Notes: a model not told the origin generated them from the letters alone. Counted from the first letter of the stretch, positions 37,511 to 47,275 are shown. The stretch is 64,000 bases of DNA from an uncultured Bacilli bacterium (GCA_947626095.1 CANQQV010000006.1:1756-65755); one strand, 5' to 3'. Translations and numbers: made by a program.

Positions 37511-39115
37511 CTCTTGATAGTATAAGACAGTATTCTTATCATAGTATCTTATTTCACCACTAGGTAACATTAACATTCTTTCAACACCTAAATTATCAAC
37601 AAATTCAGGATTATGAGAAACGATTAACATAGTACCTTCATATTCTTTAAAAGTATCAGCAATAATTTTTTGGGTTTCGGGATCTAAATGGTTAGTAGGT
37701 TCATCTAAGATAAGTAGGTTAGCGCCGGTTAGAGCTAGCTTAGCTAAAGCTACACGACTTCTTTCACCAGGAGATAGGTATGATACTTTTTTATATACTT
37801 CATCACCAGAGAATAAGAAGTTACCTAAAAATGCTCTTAATTCTTTAGTACTTAGATTAAATTCAGAGAAGTTTTCTAAGATTATTTTTTCGTTATCAAG
37901 TAGTTCGTGTTCTTGGGCATAATAACCGATTTCAGTTTTTTCATTTAAGTCAATTGTGCCAGATAAAGGTGTTAATGAACCGACAATTAACTTTAGAAGA
38001 GTTGATTTACCAATACCGTTTTCACCGACAATTAAGAATTTTTCGCCTCGACTTAAATCAAAAGTTAAGTTATCTAATAAAATATGATTTTCATTATAAC
38101 CAAATTTTAAGTTTTCAACTTTTAATGGAACAACGCCACTTGGATGATTAATTTTTATTTTAAATCTAGTAGTTTTTTGTTTCTTTTCTAGAGTAACTTT
38201 ATTTTCTTCTAAACGAGCAAGTTTTTTCTGACGGTCTTTAGCTATTCGAGCTTTCTTTTCATTACCACCAATATATTTAGCAATTATTCTTTTTAATTTT
38301 TCTTCTTCTTTAACTTGTTTATCATATATTCTTTCTTGAGTTTTTAATCGCTCATTTCTGATTTTCATATACTTTTCATAGTTACCAGGAAATAATTCCA
38401 TTTTATGAGTAGCTTTATCAACATATAATGTTTGAGTAGTTACTTGATCTAAGAATTCAATATCATGAGATATAACTAAGATAGTACCATTATAATTTCT
38501 TAAATAGTTAATAATATAATCTTTGGTATCAATATCTAAGTGGTTAGTAGGTTCATCTAAGAGTAATATTTCGGGATTAGAATAGAGTAGTCTAGCAAAG
38601 GCGATTTTACTTTTTTGACCTCCTGATAGATTGCATAGTTTCATATCAAGTAATTCACTATCTATATTCATACCGGTTACTATTTTAAGTAAAATATTTT
38701 CGGCGTTGTAAACTTCATAGTATTCTAGTTTTTCTTGAAGTTTGCCAATTTGTTTCATTATATATTTTATTTTTTGTTCATCAGTTTCTGTACTGGCATC
38801 AGTATAGGCTTTAGATAATTCAGCTTCTAATTTTTTAATTGGTCTACCATCTAAAAGATAATCAAAGACTGATATATCCATACTAGGTATTTCATCGCTG
38901 ATTACTTGAGGTAAAAAACCAATACGAGTACCAGGTTTTAAAATTATTTTACCATTATCAGGTTCTAATTTACCCATAATTAATTTAAAGAAAGTTGATT
39001 TACCAGCACCATTCATACCAATAATACCAACTTTTTCTTTATCTTTAATTTGAATAGTGACATCATCGAATATTTCTTGCAAACCAAAAGACATAGATAA
39101 GTTTTTAATATTCAT
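37466..39115 (-). CDS. ABC-F family ATPase (two ABC cassettes with a charged linker)
   Basis: Two Walker A motifs (GMNGAGKST, GENGIGKST), two LSGG/LSPGE signatures and a K/E-rich interdomain linker. ATG at 39115 after GAGGTG. Confidence 0.9.
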   Translation of the reverse strand: MNIKNLSMSFGLQEIFDDVTIQIKDKEKVGIIGMNGAGKSTFFKLIMGKLEPDNGKIILKPGTRIGFLPQVISDEIPSMDISVFDYLLDGRPIKKLEAELSKAYTDASTETDEQKIKYIMKQIGKLQEKLEYYEVYNAENILLKIVTGMNIDSELLDMKLCNLSGGQKSKIAFARLLYSNPEILLLDEPTNHLDIDTKDYIINYLRNYNGTILVISHDIEFLDQVTTQTLYVDKATHKMELFPGNYEKYMKIRNERLKTQERIYDKQVKEEEKLKRIIAKYIGGNEKKARIAKDRQKKLARLEENKVTLEKKQKTTRFKIKINHPSGVVPLKVENLKFGYNENHILLDNLTFDLSRGEKFLIVGENGIGKSTLLKLIVGSLTPLSGTIDLNEKTEIGYYAQEHELLDNEKIILENFSEFNLSTKELRAFLGNFLFSGDEVYKKVSYLSPGERSRVALAKLALTGANLLILDEPTNHLDPETQKIIADTFKEYEGTMLIVSHNPEFVDNLGVERMLMLPSGEIRYYDKNTVLYYQELNEQSKYKKSSKNN

Positions 39116-39146
39116 ATGTATCACCTCGCACTTAATATAATAACAT

Positions 39147-39178
39147 AAAAATAGAAGATAATTAATATCTTCTATTTT
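39147..39178. terminator. terminator closing the AAA_5 two-gene operon
   Basis: 10-bp stem ATAGAAGATA/TATCTTCTAT, loop ATTAA, flanked by A4 and T4. Confidence 0.7.
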
Positions 39179-40047
39179 GGTATTCGTTTTAGAACAAAGT
39201 CTTTTTCGCCTTGACGATTAATATATTCAAATAAATTATTGGTATCATCAACTAAATCATAACCGCTTATACCTATTTCATCAATTGTAGGAATTATAAT
39301 ATCATTTTTTTGTGGTTTAATAATTTCTTTGATAGTTTGAAAGTTACTTGGTTTGCCATAACCAGAAGCCCAGCCACTATAAGTAGCATCTGGTGTTTCT
39401 TCGATAAGACGGAAGTTTAGTCTTCTAATCCAGGATGGATGACATAGAGGGAAATATAATTTTTGGGGATTTAAACGTTCGTTTTCTTGTTTTAAAATAA
39501 ATTCACTAAAATGTAATTGATCCTCAACAGTAGACATTTCAAAAATATGTAAGTCAATGCTATATCCTAAGTTTTCTAATAATTCAACAATAGTTAAGAT
39601 GATGGCTCCACGATTAAAGATAGCATTAGCTCTAGTATAACCATAAAAGGAAGTATTTAAATAAATATCTATTTTCTTTCTTCTAGTTTGTGTTTTGTTT
39701 AACATAGATAGGGGACTTCCTTCTAAGTAAGCTTTTACATCAGGAGCATAACCGATATAATCATTAAATTGTTTATTACGTTTTTTACTCATTTTAATAT
39801 ATTTTTCTAATTTAATTTTTAACTCGATTAATTTTTCAAATTCTTCATGATAACCATATAGACACAATTTATAGGCTTCATCTAGAGAGTAGGTGTGAGT
39901 AAAGTTATAATCATCTTTAATACTGCATGGATTGCTAAAGGTATTTTGACATATGTTATGGTTTTTTAGATAATCGATAAATTCTGATAAAGAATAAAAT
40001 TTATAATGCATAACTTTATAGTTATTTTGACGATATAAACGATACAT
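39172..40047 (-). CDS. partner protein of the AAA_5 ATPase (possible degenerate vWA/CobT-like fold)
   Basis: ATG lies 2 nt after the stop of the ATPase gene. IDIYLNTSFYG sits where a MIDAS DxSxS motif would be. Assignment is tentative. Confidence 0.5.
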   Translation of the reverse strand: MYRLYRQNNYKVMHYKFYSLSEFIDYLKNHNICQNTFSNPCSIKDDYNFTHTYSLDEAYKLCLYGYHEEFEKLIELKIKLEKYIKMSKKRNKQFNDYIGYAPDVKAYLEGSPLSMLNKTQTRRKKIDIYLNTSFYGYTRANAIFNRGAIILTIVELLENLGYSIDLHIFEMSTVEDQLHFSEFILKQENERLNPQKLYFPLCHPSWIRRLNFRLIEETPDATYSGWASGYGKPSNFQTIKEIIKPQKNDIIIPTIDEIGISGYDLVDDTNNLFEYINRQGEKDFVLKRIPK

Positions 40048-40049
40048 AA

Positions 40050-41792
40050 TTACCTACTTAATTTAAGACTTTTAAGACCTTGATAATATATATTACTTGA
40101 ATTAATGTTTTGCATATTACCGATTATCATATTTAAATCATCTTGACCTAAATTTTTGACAACATTAGAAGTTAAGATATCTGGAACTGGTATTTTATTC
40201 AATTCTTTTTTATATACTTTACCAATTCCTCTGGTTGAGACAACGTGTGGGATTTTTGATTTTAAAACAGCATCTCTAAATGACCACATAAATTTTAAAA
40301 TTTGTTCACTAGGATATAAACATTCTTCTAGTTTACGATCATAATCAAAGAAGATATTATCAAAACGATCTAGAGTAGCAGCATCTAAAGCAGTACGACC
40401 AACATATTCTAAGTCAGCACCTTTACCCCAAGTATTAGCAGCAGCTATAATATGAAAGTTTGGATGTCTATCAATTGTTTCGTGAGGGAAAGCCATATAA
40501 CCATTAGCTAAAGCTGAGTTAATAACAATTAAAGCTGAAGGATCCGAATTATCAATTTCATCTAAGAAGAATAAACCACCATTTTTAAAAGCTTTATAAA
40601 ATTCAGTTTCACGATAAGTACCACCAGCATCAATAAAACCAGTTAGTTTAAATTCATTTGAAGCATTATTAGTATAATACATATGAAGACCTAAAGATTC
40701 TGCTACTTGTGAGACAGCAACGTTTTTACCACTACCAGCTGGTCCTATTAACATGATAGGTTCATCTAAAGCAGTTTGTCTTAGTATTTGTTCATATTTT
40801 TCGTGGTAGAAACCACCAGTTGTATGAGCTATTTCCGTATTATTTATGATAATACTATGAGATACTGGGACGTTAATAGTCTTAGTATAATCTTCAAGGA
40901 TTTTATCAAAGATAGTTCTTAGTAAATGATTAATATTATTTTCTGTATTAAATTCTTCGATAGCATGCTTAATTAATTCGAGTAAAGCCTTTTTGGTTTC
41001 AGCATTTAATTCCTTAGTTAAATAATCACTTATCTTTTTTTGAGGATCAGGTGAAGCTAAATAATCTTCTAAGTTTTTATTTATTTTATCTTTTACTGCT
41101 TCATTAGTAATAGAGAATAGTAGGGCATTTAAATTATCTAATAAGTTATCAGCATTTTGTCTAGTACGAGGAATAAATGAATCATCTTTAATTTTTGTAC
41201 CATCAATATTAAATTCTTCACCATTAACGATATAGGTATTATTTTTTACTTCTTCTATTTCATTACAGAAATAGCTTAAAATATCACGACTATTTGAATA
41301 CATTACTTCATGATTTATTTTAGTATAACCTATATATAGATGAGTGTTTTCATTATTTGGTTTAGTAACACCAGCAATTAATTCTTCAGAATTAGCATCC
41401 CAAATAACAGAACAAAAATGCATGTAATTACTAAGGATTTTAAATACTTCACATTTATGATCACGATAAAGTAAATTAATTAATCTTTGATATCGATCAC
41501 TATCATCAAGACGATAACGGCGAAAGTCATTAATAGCATTTGTTATTTCGTCTTGATTATAACCACTAACAGTTAATATTTTATTATTAGAATTCCAGAA
41601 GGGATCACGATCTTCCATATAACTATCGTAGACAATTTTAGCGAAAATTATCCCTGTATTTGATATCTCTTTGTGATTAATAGAGTAGTTATATGGACAA
41701 TTGGAATTAAGCCTTCTTTGAATGTCTTCATAGCTAAATTCTCTTCCTTTATATGCTATGAAAACAGTTCCACTTTTTTCATAGTCTTCCAT
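40050..41792 (-). CDS. AAA_5 (CobS/MoxR/McrB-clade) ATPase with a large novel N-terminal region
   Basis: C-terminal half: GPAGSGKN Walker A, LFFLDEID Walker B, IIAAANT sensor 1, LDAATLDRF. Start taken at MEDYEKS (41792) after GGAAGAG; the track start is 41810. Confidence 0.7.
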   Translation of the reverse strand: MEDYEKSGTVFIAYKGREFSYEDIQRRLNSNCPYNYSINHKEISNTGIIFAKIVYDSYMEDRDPFWNSNNKILTVSGYNQDEITNAINDFRRYRLDDSDRYQRLINLLYRDHKCEVFKILSNYMHFCSVIWDANSEELIAGVTKPNNENTHLYIGYTKINHEVMYSNSRDILSYFCNEIEEVKNNTYIVNGEEFNIDGTKIKDDSFIPRTRQNADNLLDNLNALLFSITNEAVKDKINKNLEDYLASPDPQKKISDYLTKELNAETKKALLELIKHAIEEFNTENNINHLLRTIFDKILEDYTKTINVPVSHSIIINNTEIAHTTGGFYHEKYEQILRQTALDEPIMLIGPAGSGKNVAVSQVAESLGLHMYYTNNASNEFKLTGFIDAGGTYRETEFYKAFKNGGLFFLDEIDNSDPSALIVINSALANGYMAFPHETIDRHPNFHIIAAANTWGKGADLEYVGRTALDAATLDRFDNIFFDYDRKLEECLYPSEQILKFMWSFRDAVLKSKIPHVVSTRGIGKVYKKELNKIPVPDILTSNVVKNLGQDDLNMIIGNMQNINSSNIYYQGLKSLKLSR

Positions 41793-41815
41793 ATTTTCTC
41801 TTCCTATCATTATAG

Positions 41816-41919
41816 TTTGTTATTAACATATTATTAATAACTGATACCAAAAAAATTAATTCTCTTGATAGTTTAATTATATATAGTAAAATAGTTATTG
41901 TCAATATGTTAATAACAAA
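41816..41919. repeat. perfect 17-bp inverted repeat pair separated by 70 bp
   Basis: TTTGTTATTAACATATT (41816-41832) and AATATGTTAATAACAAA (41903-41919). Confidence 0.85.
41876..41904 (-). promoter_or_regulatory. consensus sigma-A promoter of the AAA_5 operon
   Basis: Minus strand reads TTGACA (41904-41899), 17 nt, TATAAT (41881-41876). Confidence 0.65.
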
Positions 41920-41937
41920 AAAGTAAAAAGAATTAAC

Positions 41938-41965
41938 AAAAAAATTAGATACGGGTATATCTAAT
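41938..41965 (-). terminator. terminator of folD
   Basis: Minus strand: ATTAGATA-loop-TATCTAAT hairpin followed by T7. Confidence 0.7.
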
Positions 41966-42795
41966 TATTTTTTGCGTAGGGTATAAGCTAAATGAACATT
42001 ATTCATTAGTTCGTAAACAGTCATTGGACCAACACCACCAGGGACGGGAGTGATATAACTACATTTGTCTTTTAGGTTTTCAAAGTCAGCATCGCCATAT
42101 AATTTACCGTCTTCACGGTTGATACCAACGTCAATTACGACAGCATCTTTTTTGACCATATCTTCAGTTAAGAAATGTTTATGACCAATTGCCACAATTA
42201 TAATGTCAGCATTTCTAGTTATTTCAGCAATATTTTTAGTTTTGGAATGACATAAAACAACTGTAGCATTACGATTAATTAATAAATTAGCAATTGGTTT
42301 ACCAACAAGAATACTACGTCCAATAACGACAACGTTAGTTCCTTCTAATGCTATTTCGTATTCATCTAGTAAATCAATAATACCTTTTGGAGTGCATGGG
42401 ACTAAACCATTAACTTTTTGAATTAATTTACCTGCATTGACATAAGTTAGACCATCAACATCTTTTAAAGGACTGATTGTATTTTGAATAACACTCGCAT
42501 CTAAATGAGCAGGTAGGGGCATTTGGACAATAATACCATCTACTTTATCATCATTATTTAGGGTTTCAAGCTCACTAATTAATTCATCTTGAGTTACTTC
42601 ACTAGGAAAGTTTTTGTGAACAAAATAATAACCTAGTTCTAAAGCTAATTTTTCTTTTTGCTTAATATAAACATTGCTGGCTTCATCAGCTCCAACTTGG
42701 ACGACAGCTAAACCTAGTTGTTTATCAACTTCTTTTATTCTTTCTTTTAATTCTTCTAACTTCTTTTTACGAAGTTCTTTACCATCTAAAATCAT
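41965..42795 (-). CDS. folD: bifunctional methylenetetrahydrofolate dehydrogenase/cyclohydrolase
   Basis: Typical FolD sequence throughout (YIKQKEK, DGIIVQMPLP, CTPKG, GRSILVGKP, TPVPGGVGPMT). Confidence 0.95.
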   Translation of the reverse strand: MILDGKELRKKKLEELKERIKEVDKQLGLAVVQVGADEASNVYIKQKEKLALELGYYFVHKNFPSEVTQDELISELETLNNDDKVDGIIVQMPLPAHLDASVIQNTISPLKDVDGLTYVNAGKLIQKVNGLVPCTPKGIIDLLDEYEIALEGTNVVVIGRSILVGKPIANLLINRNATVVLCHSKTKNIAEITRNADIIIVAIGHKHFLTEDMVKKDAVVIDVGINREDGKLYGDADFENLKDKCSYITPVPGGVGPMTVYELMNNVHLAYTLRKK

Positions 42796-42844
42796 TTTTC
42801 TACCTCACCATATCTAAATTATATCATAAGAAAAGGACTTAGAA

Positions 42845-43663
42845 TTATTTCTTAAGTCCTGCGGCGTCAAATGCAGATCTGATGCTATCAGCTTCAACAT
42901 ATTGATTAATACCACCAATAACTTTGTTCTTTTTAATAATAAGAGTTAGTGGAGTACCACCTATATTATCACTAGCATATGTTTTCCATTCACCACTACC
43001 TGATAATGAAGTTAATGTTTCAAATGCTTCTTCATCTTCAATATATGGTTGAGCAACGTTGAAATTAATTATTTTAGCTAAATCAATATATCTAATAGTT
43101 ATATTATATTCTTTAGCTACTTCAGTAATAATTGGGGCATATGCAGCGCAATAACCACATCCTTGACGACCAATTAAAACAACAATTGTATTTTTTTTAG
43201 ATTCACTTTCAATATCAGCAGCAGTTATTTCTTTAAAAGCTGATGTATCATAAGAATTAGATGTTTGTTCTTCTGAGTATGTATCGGAAACATCTTGGTC
43301 ATTTGCATAGTCATTATTTTCATTAGAGTTATTGAAAACACCAAATAGTAAAATAACATTTAATAGACAAATAATTAGAGTAAGGAAAAGTATTATATTA
43401 TTTTTCTTTTCCATATTAACTAATCGATCTTCGATAGACATTTCATCGAAGCTTATATTTTCATCATCATCAATTTCGTCTTCTTCAGTTTCTTCTACTT
43501 CTTCAGCTTCAACTTTTTCTTCCTCTTCATCTTCTACTTCTTCAGCTTCAACTTCTTCTTCCTCTTCATCTTCTTCTAATTCTTCTTCGATTTCTTCTAC
43601 AACTTCTTTTTCAATTTTTTTGGCTGCAGTTTCTTTTTTATCTTTTTGTTTCTTTTTTGCCAT
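42845..43663 (-). CDS. membrane-anchored thioredoxin-fold protein (CGYC) with poly-Glu N-terminal region
   Basis: MAKKKQK start after AAGGGAGG. E-rich cytoplasmic segment, one TM, extracytoplasmic GRQGCGYCAAYAP thioredoxin motif. Confidence 0.65.
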   Translation of the reverse strand: MAKKKQKDKKETAAKKIEKEVVEEIEEELEEDEEEEEVEAEEVEDEEEEKVEAEEVEETEEDEIDDDENISFDEMSIEDRLVNMEKKNNIILFLTLIICLLNVILLFGVFNNSNENNDYANDQDVSDTYSEEQTSNSYDTSAFKEITAADIESESKKNTIVVLIGRQGCGYCAAYAPIITEVAKEYNITIRYIDLAKIINFNVAQPYIEDEEAFETLTSLSGSGEWKTYASDNIGGTPLTLIIKKNKVIGGINQYVEADSIRSAFDAAGLKK

Positions 43664-43797
43664 AACAAATCCTCCCTTAAGAGTATTATAAAACAAAATA
43701 ACTATTTGCTCAAATAAAATATATATGTAAATACTAATAAAATATCTTTATTTATTACCTTTATAAAAGGTATAATGATTTTGAAGGTAGTGATGAG

Positions 43798-44199
43798 ATG
43801 AATAATATTGTATGTCCTAATTGCGGTTCAGTTAATAATGGAGGGGCACAGTACTGTGTTAAATGTGGTACTAGTTTAGTTGATAATCAAAATTCAGGTG
43901 TGGCTCAAAGTAGTGGGCCTACTGGTCATTTAACTATTGAAAGAAAGGATAGTTTTTGGGGAATAGCTGTTTCTTTAACGGTTAGTATAGGAAATAATTC
44001 ATATCAATTACCTAATGGTGGTAAACTTGATTTTGAATTAATACCAGGTACTTATCCTGTATCATATAAAGTATGGTGCCGTAGTTTGAAAACAGTTAAT
44101 GTTGTTATAACACCAATGTGTCAGAATAGAATTTATTTTACGCCAGATTTATTATTAGGTGGTTTTAAAATAAAGGAGAAAGAGTCTAAGTTGCAATAA
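43798..44199 (+). CDS. zinc-ribbon domain protein
   Basis: N-terminal CPNCG...CVKCG zinc ribbon. Confidence 0.6.
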   Translation: MNNIVCPNCGSVNNGGAQYCVKCGTSLVDNQNSGVAQSSGPTGHLTIERKDSFWGIAVSLTVSIGNNSYQLPNGGKLDFELIPGTYPVSYKVWCRSLKTVNVVITPMCQNRIYFTPDLLLGGFKIKEKESKLQ

Positions 44200-44228
44200 A
44201 AAATACTGAATTTATATTCAGTATTTTT

Positions 44229-45716
44229 TTAATAACATGGTCCATGACGATTTTTAGGGTATTTGTTTTCTAATCTATATACATCATCACGATCGACTAA
44301 TACTAAAGGGTATTGTTTAAACCAAGATGGTAAATTTTCTGGGCGATTGGTATCAGCGTCTTTATAAGTATCTAGTAGCATACAGTTATTACCGCAAGTA
44401 CCATTTATTAGAGTATCCATACTGTAGTAGCCTAATTTTGTTAATTCATGAAGAAAATTACTAAAGACATATGTTGGAATGTTTTGGGCTGATTTGGATA
44501 AATATTTTTGAACTTCTAAACCAGCAACAACAATACCATTTTTATCTCTGACATAGTCTTCTTCGTAATTTTTAGCTATTAAATAAAGGTTAGGACAAAT
44601 TATTTTTTCATAAGACCATTTAGTTTTAATTAATTTAATAACGTAATCACCGATACGGTAGCAAGATAGAGTAGCACCACTACTTAAATATCCTGTTTCT
44701 TTACTATGACTTAAGTCTAAATATTTCTCAACATAACTTTGAAGTTTATGACCTAAGTTATGTGAATAAATACCACTTAAAGTAAAATCCCATTTAGGAT
44801 CAGTATCTGGTTTTTGAAAAAGGTTAATTGTTTTGGCGAATTGATCAATTAGGTCTTTAGATACTGAGTCGGCATAGTGATGATAGATAGTAAATTGGTA
44901 ATCAATTGAACTATTAAATAGACGATCGGCATCTTTTTTGAACTCATTTATTTTTTCATCATTTCGAGCAAATGTATAGCTAGATTCACCAGTTTTTATT
45001 CGGTCATATTTTAGGAGTTTGCCAGCTAAAGTATTTTCTTTATAGTGAGAAAGAATATATTCTTTTAAAGATAACCAAATATTTTTATCCGGAAGATTTT
45101 TAAAAGCTAAAATAGCTAAGTTACAGATATCTTCTATATCCATTAAAGTTGGGATAAAAGTTAGTTGTTCATATTCTTTATACGTTACACTAGTTAAGTA
45201 TTTAGTAAAATCATCATAGATGGTATTAATTGTATTAGGGTGGTGTTCTAAGATATAAGCCATAAATAAATATCTGATATGAAGATTCTCGTGAAGATAA
45301 AAGAATTCAATTAAATCATAATTATTATCAATGTCTTCAAAGGTAAATTCAATAATTGCTTTTAGAGTATCTTCATCTCTTTGTTCTAATTCAGAATGGT
45401 GACTTAAAATATATTTTTGACCCCATGTAGTATTGTGAAGAAGGTTAAGAAGATGTTCTTTAGTTAAGTAATTAAAGCTTAAATATTTATTTAAAATATA
45501 TATAGTTTCTTTTTGATATTCATCCATATCGTAGATGATAGCGAAACAAAAGTAGTAATGTTTATCAATTAGTTTTTTTAAAAAGCCTTTGACTATTTCT
45601 TTTCTATCTGGATCTTTTCTAACATAGGATATTATACTATCGTAGTCATAAGAAGTTAAAGAGAAAACAAAATCGACTTTGCCTTTTTTTAGGTATTCTA
45701 TTACATTAAAAGCCAT
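44229..45716 (-). CDS. hypothetical protein
   Basis: 495-codon ORF. The C-terminal part is vaguely kinase-fold-like, but I cannot support that. Confidence 0.55.
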   Translation of the reverse strand: MAFNVIEYLKKGKVDFVFSLTSYDYDSIISYVRKDPDRKEIVKGFLKKLIDKHYYFCFAIIYDMDEYQKETIYILNKYLSFNYLTKEHLLNLLHNTTWGQKYILSHHSELEQRDEDTLKAIIEFTFEDIDNNYDLIEFFYLHENLHIRYLFMAYILEHHPNTINTIYDDFTKYLTSVTYKEYEQLTFIPTLMDIEDICNLAILAFKNLPDKNIWLSLKEYILSHYKENTLAGKLLKYDRIKTGESSYTFARNDEKINEFKKDADRLFNSSIDYQFTIYHHYADSVSKDLIDQFAKTINLFQKPDTDPKWDFTLSGIYSHNLGHKLQSYVEKYLDLSHSKETGYLSSGATLSCYRIGDYVIKLIKTKWSYEKIICPNLYLIAKNYEEDYVRDKNGIVVAGLEVQKYLSKSAQNIPTYVFSNFLHELTKLGYYSMDTLINGTCGNNCMLLDTYKDADTNRPENLPSWFKQYPLVLVDRDDVYRLENKYPKNRHGPCY

Positions 45717-45771
45717 AAAGTCATCTCCTTAATGGTTTGTTATTATAACATGAAATGTAATAATTTAACAA

Positions 45772-46632
45772 TTAGAGATTAGTACTTTGTTTTTTAATAA
45801 GTTTAGCGTGAACGACAATGCGATCACCACTATTATTTTTACAAGTAGATAAAGTAAGAATTTTATCTTGCTCATTAACTTCAGTCTTAATTGGAGCTTT
45901 ATTTCTTGATTTCATTGTTTGTAACCATTCTATTTTATCTTTAGAATTACTGAAATTAGTTTTTAAATAGTAGGTTTCTTCTTTAATGGTATAAATAGAA
46001 AATATTTGAAAAACATAATTTGTTTTAGGTGTTGATAACCATATAACGTAATTATCTTTATTATTTTGCCATTCGTTAGTTAAAACAGTTCTTAATGATC
46101 CAAACATCGTACCATCTTTACGACCATGACCATAGATGATAGTATTGTCATCTAAAGAATCAAGATTATTGCGATAGTCCATAAAAATCCAACCAGCATT
46201 ATTTTTATGATTATTAAAAGAATGATTTAAATAATAAGTATTATTTTTACTTTGAACTACTGGATAATCAATATTAGTATTATCAAGATGAATGTATCCA
46301 ACAGTATTTTGGTTGGTTTTAAGATATTCATCAAAAGAAATATTATAGAACGGTTTATTTGCATAGTACCAATAATCATTATATATTTCATCAGGAGCGT
46401 TGATTAATTCGCTATTGCTTGTATTTATATTTATTTTTGTTTGAGTGTTAAGATCATTGATTATTTTATTTGTATTATGATTGTCGATAAGCCATGTAAT
46501 ATTTTGATATAAAGTATAAATAAAAGTAAAGATTAGAATGGTAAGGATGATTATGTAAGGAAGTAATTCAATTATCTTTTTTTTAGTTATTTTTTTCTTA
46601 GAAAATTTCTTTCTTTTGGTTTTATTGGCCAT
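45772..46632 (-). CDS. srtB: class B sortase
   Basis: N-terminal TM anchor, catalytic YGH, TLSTC and downstream Arg (RIVVHAKL). ATG at 46632. Confidence 0.85.
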   Translation of the reverse strand: MANKTKRKKFSKKKITKKKIIELLPYIIILTILIFTFIYTLYQNITWLIDNHNTNKIINDLNTQTKININTSNSELINAPDEIYNDYWYYANKPFYNISFDEYLKTNQNTVGYIHLDNTNIDYPVVQSKNNTYYLNHSFNNHKNNAGWIFMDYRNNLDSLDDNTIIYGHGRKDGTMFGSLRTVLTNEWQNNKDNYVIWLSTPKTNYVFQIFSIYTIKEETYYLKTNFSNSKDKIEWLQTMKSRNKAPIKTEVNEQDKILTLSTCKNNSGDRIVVHAKLIKKQSTNL

Positions 46633-46708
46633 ATTAATCACTCTTTATTGAGCGTTATTATATCATTTTATATTTAAAAGTACAATTTTTTGAAGTACAA
46701 TATAGCTG

Positions 46709-47275
46709 GTGATTTTTATGACAATTGAAAATATTAAGACGCCAAACGATATTCTGGATTTTATGAACGAACATATTAAGTATGGTTGGATAGATGTTGA
46801 TAATGAGGAACATATTAACAATATGAAAAATTTTAGAAAATTATATCGAACGATGAGTATTGATGAAACCTTAAAGTATTGTTTAGGTACTTGTATTGAA
46901 CAGGTATATTTAATGAGTATGTTATTAAGTAAAATAAATATTCCCAATAAAATGTTTTGTACTAGAATATACGAAGGCAAAGATTTTAATAATTTAGAAG
47001 AGGAAGAACATATGCATTGCTTTGTATTATATTATTTGAATGGTAAAGTTTATCAAATAGAACATCCTAATTGGGAAAGAATAGGTATTTATGAATTTGA
47101 TAGTGAAGAAGCAGCTATAGCTGAAATTAATGATTATTATGTTAAGATGGCTCAAGGTAAATCACGACCAGTAACTGAATTTTTTGAAGTAGTACCAAAT
47201 ATGTCTTTTAAAGATTTTAATTTATATATTAACAGTTTGGATGAAGATAAAGAAAAAAGTGTTTCCTTTTCGTAA
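46709..47275 (+). CDS. hypothetical protein, possible transglutaminase/papain-like cysteine peptidase fold
   Basis: GTCIEQ...HMHCF...IEHPNW arrangement resembles a Cys-His(-Asp) core. Tentative. Confidence 0.45.
   Translation: MIFMTIENIKTPNDILDFMNEHIKYGWIDVDNEEHINNMKNFRKLYRTMSIDETLKYCLGTCIEQVYLMSMLLSKINIPNKMFCTRIYEGKDFNNLEEEEHMHCFVLYYLNGKVYQIEHPNWERIGIYEFDSEEAAIAEINDYYVKMAQGKSRPVTEFFEVVPNMSFKDFNLYINSLDEDKEKSVSFS

Noticed and set aside
43332-43691. 119-codon Ser-rich ORF on the plus strand.
   Set aside because: It is the mirror image of the GAA-rich (poly-Glu) coding repeat of the thioredoxin-fold gene on the minus strand, so it is a compositional artefact.
46663-46980. 105-codon minus-strand ORF overlapping the start of 46709-47275.
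   Set aside because: The plus-strand ORF is longer, has an SD-like GGTGA and a Cys/His motif. The minus-strand ORF would overlap it almost entirely and has a hydrophobic junk-like sequence.
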